The notes beneath the pieces are model-generated. The model had not been told where the DNA came from. It was given only the letters and a program-made list of their open reading frames with translations, and did no database searches. A stretch of 64,000 bases of DNA. Source: Paramoeba atlantica (taxonomy: Eukaryota > Protista > Discosea). Numbering within the stretch: the first letter of the stretch is position 1; each line of letters opens with the position of its first letter. The translations under genes were made by a program, and so were the position numbers. The stretch spans positions 1,136,653-1,200,652 of the forward strand of contig CDRNVI010000012.1 of assembly GCA_977017575.1 (NCBI GenBank), written 5' to 3'. This document shows, piece by piece, positions 11,946-22,408 of the stretch.

Positions 11946-13940
11946 ATGGGAAACTCGGCGTGTGCCTCTAGAATGGGTATCAACTATCTCCTAGTGTTAA
12001 TCTTCCAGGGTTGCTTGACTCCAATTTGCTACACTTCTGAAAACAGCGATAATGGCTTTGTCAAGAAAGTTGAAATGACAGCGAAAGCTCAAGGGGTGAA
12101 ATTTGGCTCGGTCAGCTCACGAAGGCCTGCTGGCGCAACTTCTTCTCTTGACCTCTTACAAGCTGATAGGCAAAATCAGTTGCAGGATCCAGTTGCAGTA
12201 TCCGCTTCCGCACTTATTTCCATGAGAAGTAACTCCCGCACCGAACTTCCGCCTCCAACAGTGATGGGAACTCTCATACAGTACATTAAAAACCCTCACG
12301 CAAGTTGGCTCAGTGCTCAAAGTCCCTGTCATGCTTACGGAGTTTCTTGTGACAAGGAGCATAACGTCATAGAGATTTCTTGGTCAAGTCTTAAACTTCA
12401 CGGTAATCTGACGCTCAGCGCTTTACCGCGTACGCTACACCGTCTGAGTGTGTCTCAAAACCGTTTACGTGGCTCGTTGCAGCTTTCCACTCTACCTCCG
12501 AAATTGCGGTCTTTAGATTTGAGTAATAATATATTTTCTGGAAACGTAGCAATTGATGACACAGATGAAAACGAAAGTAGCGAGGATAGCCAAGAGACGG
12601 GAGACGCTTTAATGTGGCTTCCCCATGGTCTACGTGTTTTAGATTTAAGCCATAACGAATTCATTGGGCATTTTTCATTCTCCGCGCTTGCATCAGTGGG
12701 AATTCTGTTTCTAGATATTAGTCACAACAAGTTTGAGGGGGTTGCGGAATTGGCTCAACTCTGGAAGGATATGTATTACCTGCGGATTAGTCATAACTCC
12801 TTTTCCTCTTTACGTCTCGGAAACATTCCAGCCAGTTTGCACACATTTGAAGCCAGTCATAACCGCATTCAAGGAGCAGTTGACTTTGCAGCTCTCAATC
12901 CGAACCTCAGCACACTGGATCTATCGTGCAACATGCTCACCGAATCGCTTGATCTTTCAGCTCTTCCGCGTGGGTTGCGAAACCTTTCTCTCAGCAATAA
13001 CACATTTGTGGGACCTATACTCTTGCAACATCTTCCCCCACAGCTACGAATTCTGCAGCTTGACAACAACGCTCTGTGGGGAGCCGTCGATTTCAGTCAC
13101 TTGCCTTCTACGCTCGATCATTTGGACTTGTCGAACAATAAGTTGGACGGAAAGCTTTCGTTGACTTCACTTCCTACGCCATTGCTTCGTCTAGACGTTT
13201 CACAAAATGCTTTTTCAGGTGGCATCGACTTACGTGACTTGCCGCCTCAGCTACGCGAGTTAGATTTGTCCCGCAATCGCCTTGAAGGGTCGTTGGGGAA
13301 TTCTCTACGCGAACTTCCTGCCACACTCTCTGTGTTAAATCTCTCACAAAATGCACTTCACGGTGTTCTCGATGTTTGTGCACTTCCCCTTCATCTCCTG
13401 GAATTAGATGTCTCGGGGAACAACTTTGATGGCGAGATTTCTCTTGGGGCTCTGCCCTCAGCGCTGCGTTTGCTTGACATGAGCGGAAATGCCTTCTTCG
13501 GCAAGCTTCGTCTGGAGAATCTACCCCCGCACCTGGGGTATTGCTCCTTTACCTCTAACCATTTTTCCGGTCTTGTCACTCTACAGGGGTTGCCTGCTTC
13601 TCTCTTTCACCTTGATCTCAGCCACAACAATTTTGAAGGAAATCTGGAGGACCTTGCACTCAGCCCCACGCTGGACACTTTGCTACTCGCACACAACGGA
13701 TTTAATGGAGTGCTAGACTGTCGGATAGTTCCTCCTTCTCTCACAGTACTTGACCTCTCGCACAATAGTATCGCGGCTGTCAATCACGAGGATGCGCTCT
13801 CGCAGGAGATGGAATTTTTAGATCTCAGTGGGAATCGACTTCAGGGAGAAGCTGATCTAGATCACTTCCCACCACGATTGTTTTTTGACCTTAGCGAAAA
13901 TCGAGATCTGCGTTGTGTTTCGGAAGTCACTTCGTATTAG
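11946..13940 (+). CDS. Leucine-rich repeat protein (plant-type LRR with Cys N-cap)
   Basis: SWLSAQSPCHAYGVSCDKEHNVIEISW cap followed by about 20 LPxxLxxLDLSxNxFxG repeats. Confidence 0.88.
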   Translation: MGNSACASRMGINYLLVLIFQGCLTPICYTSENSDNGFVKKVEMTAKAQGVKFGSVSSRRPAGATSSLDLLQADRQNQLQDPVAVSASALISMRSNSRTELPPPTVMGTLIQYIKNPHASWLSAQSPCHAYGVSCDKEHNVIEISWSSLKLHGNLTLSALPRTLHRLSVSQNRLRGSLQLSTLPPKLRSLDLSNNIFSGNVAIDDTDENESSEDSQETGDALMWLPHGLRVLDLSHNEFIGHFSFSALASVGILFLDISHNKFEGVAELAQLWKDMYYLRISHNSFSSLRLGNIPASLHTFEASHNRIQGAVDFAALNPNLSTLDLSCNMLTESLDLSALPRGLRNLSLSNNTFVGPILLQHLPPQLRILQLDNNALWGAVDFSHLPSTLDHLDLSNNKLDGKLSLTSLPTPLLRLDVSQNAFSGGIDLRDLPPQLRELDLSRNRLEGSLGNSLRELPATLSVLNLSQNALHGVLDVCALPLHLLELDVSGNNFDGEISLGALPSALRLLDMSGNAFFGKLRLENLPPHLGYCSFTSNHFSGLVTLQGLPASLFHLDLSHNNFEGNLEDLALSPTLDTLLLAHNGFNGVLDCRIVPPSLTVLDLSHNSIAAVNHEDALSQEMEFLDLSGNRLQGEADLDHFPPRLFFDLSENRDLRCVSEVTSY

Positions 13941-14458
13941 TGAGCATAATTTTAGAAAGTGTAGATGAATTTATTTAGAAGATGAAGAATAGAAACTGAA
14001 AATAGAATTCAAATTCTAGAGACATAAAATACATGTATGTGCATAGGTTAACTATAGTTGGAAACGCTCATGTACAACGTTTAGATCGTAGAGTGACCAA
14101 TAAATTTTATCTCTTCTTCGTACAAAATTGGTTTGGGCTAAGGCATGAGTCGCTATTCCATTTCTATACTTGACCCACTAACCCTATTTTTATGGCGCAG
14201 AAACGAATTTTCTAGAATGCCGTTTTGTCGCTTAAAATGTATAAAGTCTTTACCTTCTTCACTAAAGATTTTAAAATTAGTAGATTGTTTGCAGTATGAT
14301 CTGTATTAAAGTGTTATCAATTTCACCAGTAGCGAACTGCAAACTCCATTCTTCAGATTATTACGTGGAAATGGTAAAATACTGGAAATTAAGAATTAGG
14401 GATTTTTATCCATATTGAATAGAAGTATCAGACCTAGAAACTTAGCAATTATTGGTCA

Positions 14459-15523
14459 ATGGAAGAAGAGTATGAAGTTCAGATTAACGCGGAAGACGTT
14501 GAAGATAATAAAAAAGATTGCAAAAGTGAAAAAGGGGATCTTTCTTCCGAGGAAGAAGATGCTTTGCGTTCTCTGCTTAAAGAGGCTATTAATGACGACC
14601 GCATAAACATTGATATTCCTCCAATGCGCCTATTTTATTTTCATGTTCTTTCAAAAAGTCTGACACAACTTGACTGCACGGATGTTATATCACTCTCCGT
14701 GCGACGCAATTTACTTCACCAACTTAGCCCGTTTCCTTTTAACATTAAAAGAACGCTTACCGAACTTGACCTCTTTGATAACAAATTGTTGCACTTGGGG
14801 CACATAAATCACATGCCTCATTTGCAAAAACTAGACTTGAGTTACAATCAGATTACGTCGATTCCCTCGGATGCTCTTCAGGATCTGCCTTCACTTCAAG
14901 AACTCTATCTCATCGAGAATCAAATTTCTAACACAGAAGGCTTAGTTCATCTTTCCCGTCTGCGTCTGCTTGAGCTTGGTGGAAATCGTCTTCGTCACAT
15001 TCCACACGAAATCAGCTCGCTGCATGATCTTGAAGAACTGCATCTTGGAAAAAATAAAATACACACGATTGAAGGCTTGGAGGATGCAACACGTCTGCGC
15101 GTGTTGTCGCTTCCAGCTAATCGGATCAAACATGTTGGTGAGGGATTGCGACAAAATCTCTCCCTACGAGAGATTTATCTTTCGGAAAATTGTATCGCAC
15201 ACATTGAGGGCTGTGATCACCTTCCTTTTCTAAGGCTCGTAGACTACTCACGGAATCCTATAGAATCCTTGAACGGAGTAGAAGGCCTATCGAGGGACAC
15301 GATGGAGGAATTCTGGCTCAGTGAAGGCAAACTTGAGCTGTGGGACGAACTTCGAAAGTTATCTTCTCACGAGAAACTCCACACAGTGTACTTTCTGGGA
15401 AATCCGTTAGAACGAAATGACGTTCGATACCGTGCTAAAGTGACGCATTTGCTTCCCCAGCTTCGGTTTGTGGACTCTTGGCCTATTGCTTCTCGGGCCA
15501 CAGGGGGTTCTGTGTATAAATAG
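14459..15523 (+). CDS. SDS22: Protein phosphatase 1 regulatory subunit 7 (Sds22-like)
   Basis: 22-aa SDS22-type LRRs (LTELDLFDNKL, LQELYLIENQI, LELGGNRLR, LHLGKNKI) and LRRcap YFLGNPLE...YRAKV...LPQLRFVD. Confidence 0.8.
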   Translation: MEEEYEVQINAEDVEDNKKDCKSEKGDLSSEEEDALRSLLKEAINDDRINIDIPPMRLFYFHVLSKSLTQLDCTDVISLSVRRNLLHQLSPFPFNIKRTLTELDLFDNKLLHLGHINHMPHLQKLDLSYNQITSIPSDALQDLPSLQELYLIENQISNTEGLVHLSRLRLLELGGNRLRHIPHEISSLHDLEELHLGKNKIHTIEGLEDATRLRVLSLPANRIKHVGEGLRQNLSLREIYLSENCIAHIEGCDHLPFLRLVDYSRNPIESLNGVEGLSRDTMEEFWLSEGKLELWDELRKLSSHEKLHTVYFLGNPLERNDVRYRAKVTHLLPQLRFVDSWPIASRATGGSVYK

Positions 15524-15819
15524 ATGACTTTACAACCTTGGATAAATTGCACTCCTTGGGCTCATGGATGTCTTCATGTTTTTTGTCCTCGTAGTGTACA
15601 TACATACCCACATACTGTATCTGTTTTTCGATCTCAAATGATGCATTTTTTCTCTTTCTTAATTTTCTTCATCTAATGAGTCGATAGGGAAAAGAGAATA
15701 CAGAAAAGAAGGAGATCACATTTCTTTAGTTACCTGTAAAATGCAAAGCGGTGTGTAAAGAATTTCTGAAAGATTACTTGTGTAATAATTTACGATAGAT
15801 TTGTTTACATTGGGATTAT

Positions 15820-16251
15820 ATGGATCGTCTTTATGACATTCAAGATAGCACGAAAATGGGATTTGCGTTTCTTGTTTGCGGTGCAGCGTTCACTTTCTTG
15901 GGTATTGTGCTTTTCTTTGATGGTACACTGATGACAATGGGAAGCTTGATTTCACTTGTAGGCATCGTACTCGTCATCGGGACGCGTAGGTTTCTTTCTT
16001 ATTTTAGTGATCATACCAAGTGGCGGGGAGGGGGGCTCTATCTTTTTGGTGTGTTTTGTGTACTTCGGGGTCACGCCTTTGTTGGTGTTTTGCTGCAGTG
16101 GTTCGGGGTACTCAATCTTTTTGGAAATCTTTTTCCTTTTTTGTTTACCGTGCTTCAAGGAGTACCTTATGTAAGCACAGTTTTGCGCCAACCTACAGTC
16201 GAGGAATATATTGGCCATAGGCTATGTGGAGTACGTCGCAGTAATGTGTAG
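15820..16251 (+). CDS. GOT1: Got1/Sft2-family Golgi vesicle transport membrane protein
   Basis: 143 aa, four hydrophobic segments, LFFDGTLMTMG, GVLNLFGNLFP...VPYV pattern of Got1. Confidence 0.8.
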   Translation: MDRLYDIQDSTKMGFAFLVCGAAFTFLGIVLFFDGTLMTMGSLISLVGIVLVIGTRRFLSYFSDHTKWRGGGLYLFGVFCVLRGHAFVGVLLQWFGVLNLFGNLFPFLFTVLQGVPYVSTVLRQPTVEEYIGHRLCGVRRSNV

Positions 16252-16757
16252 CTTGGTGTCATTTCGTTGTCATGATTATTCATTTCACACTGCACTTTTG
16301 GCTTCTTTTGACTACTACCTGTAGCGTTCGGTAACGCATGTCTATGACTGGACAAACCGTTGATTGTTGTGATCTCATAGTTATTCCTTGTTATCCCTGC
16401 ATGACGTGTGTCTTGCCCCAATGAGAAAAAAGGAGACGTCCGTTGGAGTGTCCAAAATTTGTCAGCTGAACACACCAAAGTATTGTTTGATTCTCCCGGA
16501 AATTCAAATCCACACGTGATCCTTGAATCCCCTCGCACCTTAAGTGCTCTTTAATGTGCTTCTCGAAGCAGATCCCCGTAGCTAGCTTGCGAAAGATGTG
16601 CTTTTTACTTTTTCGTTACAACGTAAATAACACGTACCTTTGAAGAAGTGTGTCCCAACTCGAGTACACGATAATGTAAGAAATTCTTTGTTAGCATTAT
16701 TTGAAATAAGTGTCTACCTTTAGTTACATTTCTTTGTTTTCTTTATTTTCTGCGGTC

Positions 16758-19700
16758 ATGTGGCGTATCTCAACTCGGCGTATTCTTTCGACAGACCCCC
16801 TCACCGTTCTCATGCGATGGTGTGGATCTTCTACAACAACGGAAACGCTGACTGGCCCACTTACAGCGAAAATAAGCAAATCTTCACGAAGTACATTACC
16901 AGCGCTTTCAATTGATGAAGTAGCCAAAGCGCTTACCTCACTTCGTCGTGAGCATCAACACACGCTTTCGGCAAAGCAAAAATCCGATACGCGTAAAAAA
17001 GCTTTGAAACTCCTTCCTCGGGGCAAGACTGACCACTCAGAAGTGACTTCAAAAGCGACATGGATTTGGCTTAACAACGGTGTTTACTTTCACGCTCGTC
17101 ACGAATCCATCGAACCTTACATAACGTGGGCTCTTGAGTGTCCCGACAAGATTGATAAAGAACATTTTCCGGCTATCTTAAATTCTCTTTCGCATATTTT
17201 CCGTCCCGTACAATCCACAGGTCAGCCTCCTGTTATCGGAATCTCTGAATCTCTTAAAGAAAAGGCACGTCAGGTATTTGAGGGAGACTTTCTTTCCGTT
17301 GCGCTTAAACTCACTCAGTCTGGTCCTATGAAGGGTGTTGACGCTATTCTTCTTGTCTCGGCTTTCTCGCGCATGAGTGTACTGGAAGACACATTGTACG
17401 AAAACCTCGCAAAGTTGCTTCAACCGGAGTTGCCCAAGCTCAAGTTCGGAGAGCTTGCCAACGTCGCCTCTAGTCTGGCCCGTGTCAGTGTTTTCCCGGA
17501 AGAATTCTTTGAAAAAATGCTTCCCCGAGCAAAAGCTACCGTTGCAGTGGGTAGTCCGAAGGAGATCTCAACTTTGGGAAACGCAATTCTCCGCTCGGGA
17601 GCGGAGGACAAGGATTTTTTTAATCTCGCAGCCGTTGCTATGACTGGACGCGTCCGTCGTTGTAAATCATATGAGCTTGCAGGGCTGATTAACACTTTTG
17701 CAAAGGCCGGAGTGGTGCACGAGGAGACGTCGAGGAGTCTCGTGGAATTTGCATCCATTGTTGGAGTGATACATTTCACACGCACCGAGATTTGTTTTGT
17801 TTTGCCCGCTATATTGAAATTACCAGCAAAATCTGCAACGCTTTTTGAAGTACTTGCGCCACGTGTGGTCAAAGAATTAATTCCTACATTAAAGGCATCG
17901 GAGGTCCAGGCTCTTTTCTGTGCATACGCTAAAAGCGAGAGTCGAAAAACCGGAGAAGTCATTCGAGCTTTACTATCGAAAATCGAAGAATTCAATGATG
18001 AATACGGTTCTCAAGAGGCATTGACACTTTTAGACGCTTTGACGAGACTTCCTTGGGTACTGTCACGTGCAGAACTTAACTCCTTGTACAAGTCCTTTGA
18101 GTTCCGAGCCATGTCTCGTCTCCTTGAGGGTGGAGTCACCGAAGTTGTTTCTTTTGTTTCTATCTTGTCCCGGGACTCTGAATCATTCGCAATCATGCCA
18201 AACATAGTAAAAACGTGTCGTGAGCAGTTAAAGCAAAATCTCTCATCTATTTCCGTTCAAGAACTTTCTGTTCTTACGAACGCTCTGAGTCGAGATTGCT
18301 GTAAATTTCTTCTCAACGAAGAGATATCCGCCTCTTTGATGGAACAATGTCAACGTTTGCTTCCAGAATGCAAAGCTATTGATATTGCTGCTCTTTTGTC
18401 TTTTCTGACCAGCGCTAATGCCCAAGGTGGGGAAGCCTTTAGTCGAGAGGCACTGAAAGCTGTGTCATCCGCTATTCCCCATATGGGAACTACGGAGCTC
18501 TCCACTACGGCAAATAGTATCTCCCGTATTTCGATACCCGAAGCTTGTGACGTGGAACTGTGGAAGAGAATCGAGGACCACGCATGTAAACTAAAAGGAA
18601 AGCTTACGGCTACACAAATTGGTGGTCTCATGTCTGCGTTTGTTCGAGTGCAAATCACTCCGAAGCGATTTTTTAGCGAAATAGTAGACCCACTGGTCAC
18701 GAGACACGCCATGAGTTTAAGTGCACATGAGCTTTGTGAAATTCTTGGAGCCTACGCAAAACGCAATTTTGAAGAGGATACCGTTTTTGCGTCCTTAGCG
18801 GATCGTGTCTGCCAAGTGGCTCCTCAGTGCACCACACATGAGCTCTCCACGATACTCCACAGCTTTGCGAAGTTTGGCATTCGGAACGAGACTGTGTTTT
18901 ACGACTTCCTACCCCACGTACTGCGGCACGCACCAAAAATGAAGTCTGCGGAACTCTCTACCGTCATTGTCGCATATGCTCGAATTGGAGTGTGGAATTT
19001 ACGTGTGTTTACAGCCCTAAGCGAGCGAATGAAGGAAATCCTTGAGGAGTGCAGCACGCAGGACATTGCCAGCGTTCTCAACGCCTTCGCCAACATGGAT
19101 ATGAAGGACGAGGCGTTCTTTCGGGCATGCGGCGATCGTGTGGTGCAGCTCTCGACTCAGTGTACTCCACGTGAGATGGTGAGTATTCTCCATGCCTTTC
19201 ACGAGGTCGATTTCGAACATGATGCACTGTTGAATGAGTTTCTCACCCGGCTCTCTGCGGAGAACGTGGCACAAAGCCTCTCCATCGGGGACTGCATCTT
19301 CATAGCGACCAGCATGCCACGGATTCGTCGCAACGTGGACGAACGCCTGGCGACTATTTACGACGCCCTCGCACGACGTTTCACCCGAGAGGCCTCACTC
19401 CTTCTCCCCACCGCCCTGGCCAGTATCCTCCACGCATTCTACCGCAAACGGATCACCGTCCCCTCCGCCGGAGCCATGTTCGAAGCCCTCACCCTCCGTG
19501 CCGCCGCGGACGTCGAGAACTACCAAATCCGCAACCTTGCCATTCTCCTCGGGGCCGTCACCAAAAGCGAGAACGCGTCTCACGTCCCCCTTGCGGCCTT
19601 TGTCCCTCGTCTGCTCCAACTCATCCCCCAGTGCAACGCGCATAACCTTATGACCGTCTCCACCGCGTTCGCGTCGGAATCCGAATCCCTCATCCGTTCC

Positions 19701-20504
19701 CGAGCCGATACCCCAGACCACAGGGAGGAGAATCCGCATCGTTGCTCTCCTGGAACGGCCACAAATGAAGGCGAGGGGTGGGGAGAAGGAGATGGAGGAG
19801 CTGGTGGTGTTGGCGTAGAGAGCCACGAGGACGTCCCCTCCCCCCTCGACCCCGAGTCCTCCGAACAGGTCCTCGACGCCCTCCTGGCCCGCACCCTCCA
19901 CCTCCTCCCCTCCCTACGCTCCTACGAGCTCGCCTGGACCCTACGCAACCTCACCCTGCTCTCCGCCGCCTCCGGGTCCCTCGAGACCGACCGCGACACG
20001 CTGCTCCGGGTCCTCGACAAGGTCAAGGCGCTCCACCCCCACCTCGGGGGCCGGGACTGCGGGAATCTGCTGCGGGTGTGCGCGCTGCTCGGGGTGGACC
20101 CCGGGGAGGAGGTGGTGGAGCTGGTGGTGGGGCGCGCGGTGGTGACCCTGACCCAGACCCCGCCGCGGGGGGTCGCGGAGACCCTGGACGCGCTGCGGGT
20201 GATGGGGAAGGTGGTGCCGGAGTACTTGGGGCGGGTGGTGGGGGAGTACCGGCGCACGAGGGGGTTTGAGGGGCAGAGGGGGGAGGTGAGGAGGGTGGTG
20301 GAGGAGGCGCTGGGGTATTTTGGGGTGGACTTGGGGGTGGGGGGGAAGGGGGGGGAAAAGGGAGAAGGGGAAAAGGGAGAGGAGGAAAAGGGAGAGAAAA
20401 GGGGGGGGGAGGGGATAGGGGGAGGAGGGGGAATTTTCACATCCATGGAGAGTGGGAAGGAGGATAGTGTGGTGGATAAGGTTGCAGAAAGGGTTGTGGA
20501 GTGA
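16758..20504 (+). CDS. Mitochondrial helical-repeat RNA-binding protein (37-aa HPR/FASTK/RESC-like repeats)
   Basis: Consecutive 37-aa units (ELSTILHSFAKFG..., ELSTVIVAYARIG..., DIASVLNAFANMD...); N-terminus MWRISTRRILS resembles a mitochondrial presequence. Confidence 0.7.
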   Translation: MWRISTRRILSTDPLTVLMRWCGSSTTTETLTGPLTAKISKSSRSTLPALSIDEVAKALTSLRREHQHTLSAKQKSDTRKKALKLLPRGKTDHSEVTSKATWIWLNNGVYFHARHESIEPYITWALECPDKIDKEHFPAILNSLSHIFRPVQSTGQPPVIGISESLKEKARQVFEGDFLSVALKLTQSGPMKGVDAILLVSAFSRMSVLEDTLYENLAKLLQPELPKLKFGELANVASSLARVSVFPEEFFEKMLPRAKATVAVGSPKEISTLGNAILRSGAEDKDFFNLAAVAMTGRVRRCKSYELAGLINTFAKAGVVHEETSRSLVEFASIVGVIHFTRTEICFVLPAILKLPAKSATLFEVLAPRVVKELIPTLKASEVQALFCAYAKSESRKTGEVIRALLSKIEEFNDEYGSQEALTLLDALTRLPWVLSRAELNSLYKSFEFRAMSRLLEGGVTEVVSFVSILSRDSESFAIMPNIVKTCREQLKQNLSSISVQELSVLTNALSRDCCKFLLNEEISASLMEQCQRLLPECKAIDIAALLSFLTSANAQGGEAFSREALKAVSSAIPHMGTTELSTTANSISRISIPEACDVELWKRIEDHACKLKGKLTATQIGGLMSAFVRVQITPKRFFSEIVDPLVTRHAMSLSAHELCEILGAYAKRNFEEDTVFASLADRVCQVAPQCTTHELSTILHSFAKFGIRNETVFYDFLPHVLRHAPKMKSAELSTVIVAYARIGVWNLRVFTALSERMKEILEECSTQDIASVLNAFANMDMKDEAFFRACGDRVVQLSTQCTPREMVSILHAFHEVDFEHDALLNEFLTRLSAENVAQSLSIGDCIFIATSMPRIRRNVDERLATIYDALARRFTREASLLLPTALASILHAFYRKRITVPSAGAMFEALTLRAAADVENYQIRNLAILLGAVTKSENASHVPLAAFVPRLLQLIPQCNAHNLMTVSTAFASESESLIRSRADTPDHREENPHRCSPGTATNEGEGWGEGDGGAGGVGVESHEDVPSPLDPESSEQVLDALLARTLHLLPSLRSYELAWTLRNLTLLSAASGSLETDRDTLLRVLDKVKALHPHLGGRDCGNLLRVCALLGVDPGEEVVELVVGRAVVTLTQTPPRGVAETLDALRVMGKVVPEYLGRVVGEYRRTRGFEGQRGEVRRVVEEALGYFGVDLGVGGKGGEKGEGEKGEEEKGEKRGGEGIGGGGGIFTSMESGKEDSVVDKVAERVVE

Positions 20505-20796
20505 ATAGATAAGAGTCGGTATGAGAAAAATAGGAATTAGGTAACCCATCACATTATACTATGTATGTAGTCTTGTGGTTGTTTTGCTATAACTGCGTTA
20601 GTTTCACCCTCTTACGCTTGCCCTTATCGCACTATTGTGCTTTTGTAAAGTTTTGGCGAAACAACTTAAACGGCTATGATCTGTTACTTTATTTCAGAAT
20701 CTCTTGAATCAGTTTAGAATCACCCTTTTTTTCTTCTCACTCTTTCACGTTTTCTCCTTTCTCACTTTTTCTTTCTTTTTTAAAACAACCAATTCT

Positions 20797-21438
20797 ATGG
20801 ATCCTTCTCACCGGGGATTACTCTACTTCAGTGCCATACCCGCAGGCGTCACCCCACATGCTCTTGAATTGTTTCTCAACACGGAGTTCGGTGAGGTCGG
20901 GCGGCTCCGCCTTACCCCTGCCAACGAGGGCTCCCACACCCGGCGCAGTGCTCGGCAGCGTTCCTACAAACTCTACACTGAGGGCTATGTGGAGTTTATG
21001 GAAAAGGCCGACGCCCGGGACACCGCGCACCGACTAAACATGCAGCCCTGCACCTTTCTGGGCCGGCGCAATCCGAGTTATGGGCACCTGTGGAATGTGC
21101 GCTACCTTCCCGGGATGCGTTGGGAGCATCTTGTGGAGCAAAGGGAGGAGGAACGCCAACGCAGGCAGCGTGCCTCTCGACAAGAGAAGGCGCGACTCCA
21201 GAATTTAAACACACAATACTTTAAACAGGTGATGGAGGCAATGGGGGAGCAAACCCCTTGTTTGGCGAATACTGAGGAAACTTCGACGACGACGGGCGAA
21301 AGGAAAGGTAAGGGCGATTCAGCGGAGGTGAAATGTAGGAAACGAAAAAAGGTAAGGAAAGGAGTCGAAGACATAAATGAGCTCGCCGCTTTTAAGAATA
21401 AGACACCACAAAGAGTATTTCAGGACAATTACCTCTAG
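20797..21438 (+). CDS. ESF2: Pre-rRNA-processing protein Esf2/ABT1
   Basis: GLLYFSAIP...FGEVGRL...YTEGYVEF...LWNVRYLPGMRWEHLVEQ. Confidence 0.85.
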   Translation: MDPSHRGLLYFSAIPAGVTPHALELFLNTEFGEVGRLRLTPANEGSHTRRSARQRSYKLYTEGYVEFMEKADARDTAHRLNMQPCTFLGRRNPSYGHLWNVRYLPGMRWEHLVEQREEERQRRQRASRQEKARLQNLNTQYFKQVMEAMGEQTPCLANTEETSTTTGERKGKGDSAEVKCRKRKKVRKGVEDINELAAFKNKTPQRVFQDNYL

Positions 21439-21524
21439 AGTCGGGATTTTGCCGTAATCCTCCTGATAGTAGGTTCAGTAGAATCTAAATATCATATTCT
21501 TGCGTTAAGAGAATACGTTAATAA

Positions 21525-22259
21525 ATGATAACTTTCCGTGAGAAAAAAAATCTTTTTGTTGCAATGGAGATGACAATAAGCCATTTTGATGAATTTGGGT
21601 ACATCATTCCTCTTGAGAAGACAGCGGTAAGACTTTATATGAACTTTATTTTATCTTGCATCATACAGTTTTCGAAACTGTTGAAATGTCTACACAGCAC
21701 TCCGTCCAATAAGAAATTGAATGAGTGTTTCCTTCTTATCCATACCACATCGAAATCACGCAACATCGGGTCTATCCTTCGTAGTGCATCGGCATTTGGC
21801 ATCAGGGAAGTTCTTGTTGTGGGCCGCAGAAAGGAAACAAATTTCTTTGGTGCCCATGGCACCCAACGGCGAGCAAATATATCTTTTTTTCATAATTTGG
21901 CAGAAGCAGCTCATTTTTTGCGGGATACACACAAATGTCTAATTGTGGGTGTTGAGATAGCTGAAGGGGCAAAATCCTTGAGTGAATGTTCTCCTTTTTA
22001 CGCGTCAACGTGCTTTATCTTTGGTAATGAAGGCACGGGTCTCTCTGTTGAAGATCGCTCTATTTGCGATTATTTTCTCTACATTCCTCAGACGGGGGAT
22101 GGCACTGCCTCATTGAATGTTGCCACAGCAGCTGGTATCGTGTTATATCATTACAATGTTTTATGGGCACGTCATCCAGAGACCTCACGGAAGGGTGAAA
22201 AATATTTGCTAAATCAAGCAGCAGAGGAACCCATACTGCTAACTGCTAATCCGGATTAG
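21525..22259 (+). CDS. SpoU/TrmH-family RNA 2'-O-methyltransferase
   Basis: SPOUT motifs NIGSILRSASAFG, IFGNEGTGLS, IPQ..SLNVATAAGIVLY; true start may be a later ATG. Confidence 0.88.
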   Translation: MITFREKKNLFVAMEMTISHFDEFGYIIPLEKTAVRLYMNFILSCIIQFSKLLKCLHSTPSNKKLNECFLLIHTTSKSRNIGSILRSASAFGIREVLVVGRRKETNFFGAHGTQRRANISFFHNLAEAAHFLRDTHKCLIVGVEIAEGAKSLSECSPFYASTCFIFGNEGTGLSVEDRSICDYFLYIPQTGDGTASLNVATAAGIVLYHYNVLWARHPETSRKGEKYLLNQAAEEPILLTANPD

Positions 22260-22408
22260 CATTTCTATCACGCTTATAGCATGTCGGGGAAGCAGGTCAC
22301 ATCATGTGACTCCCACGTAGAGTTTTCTATAGCGCTTCCCTTGTTTTAAAACTCGCGAAACAGAATCCGTGATATTTAAGAAGTGGGTAATGGTCAATAG
22401 CATTTGTA

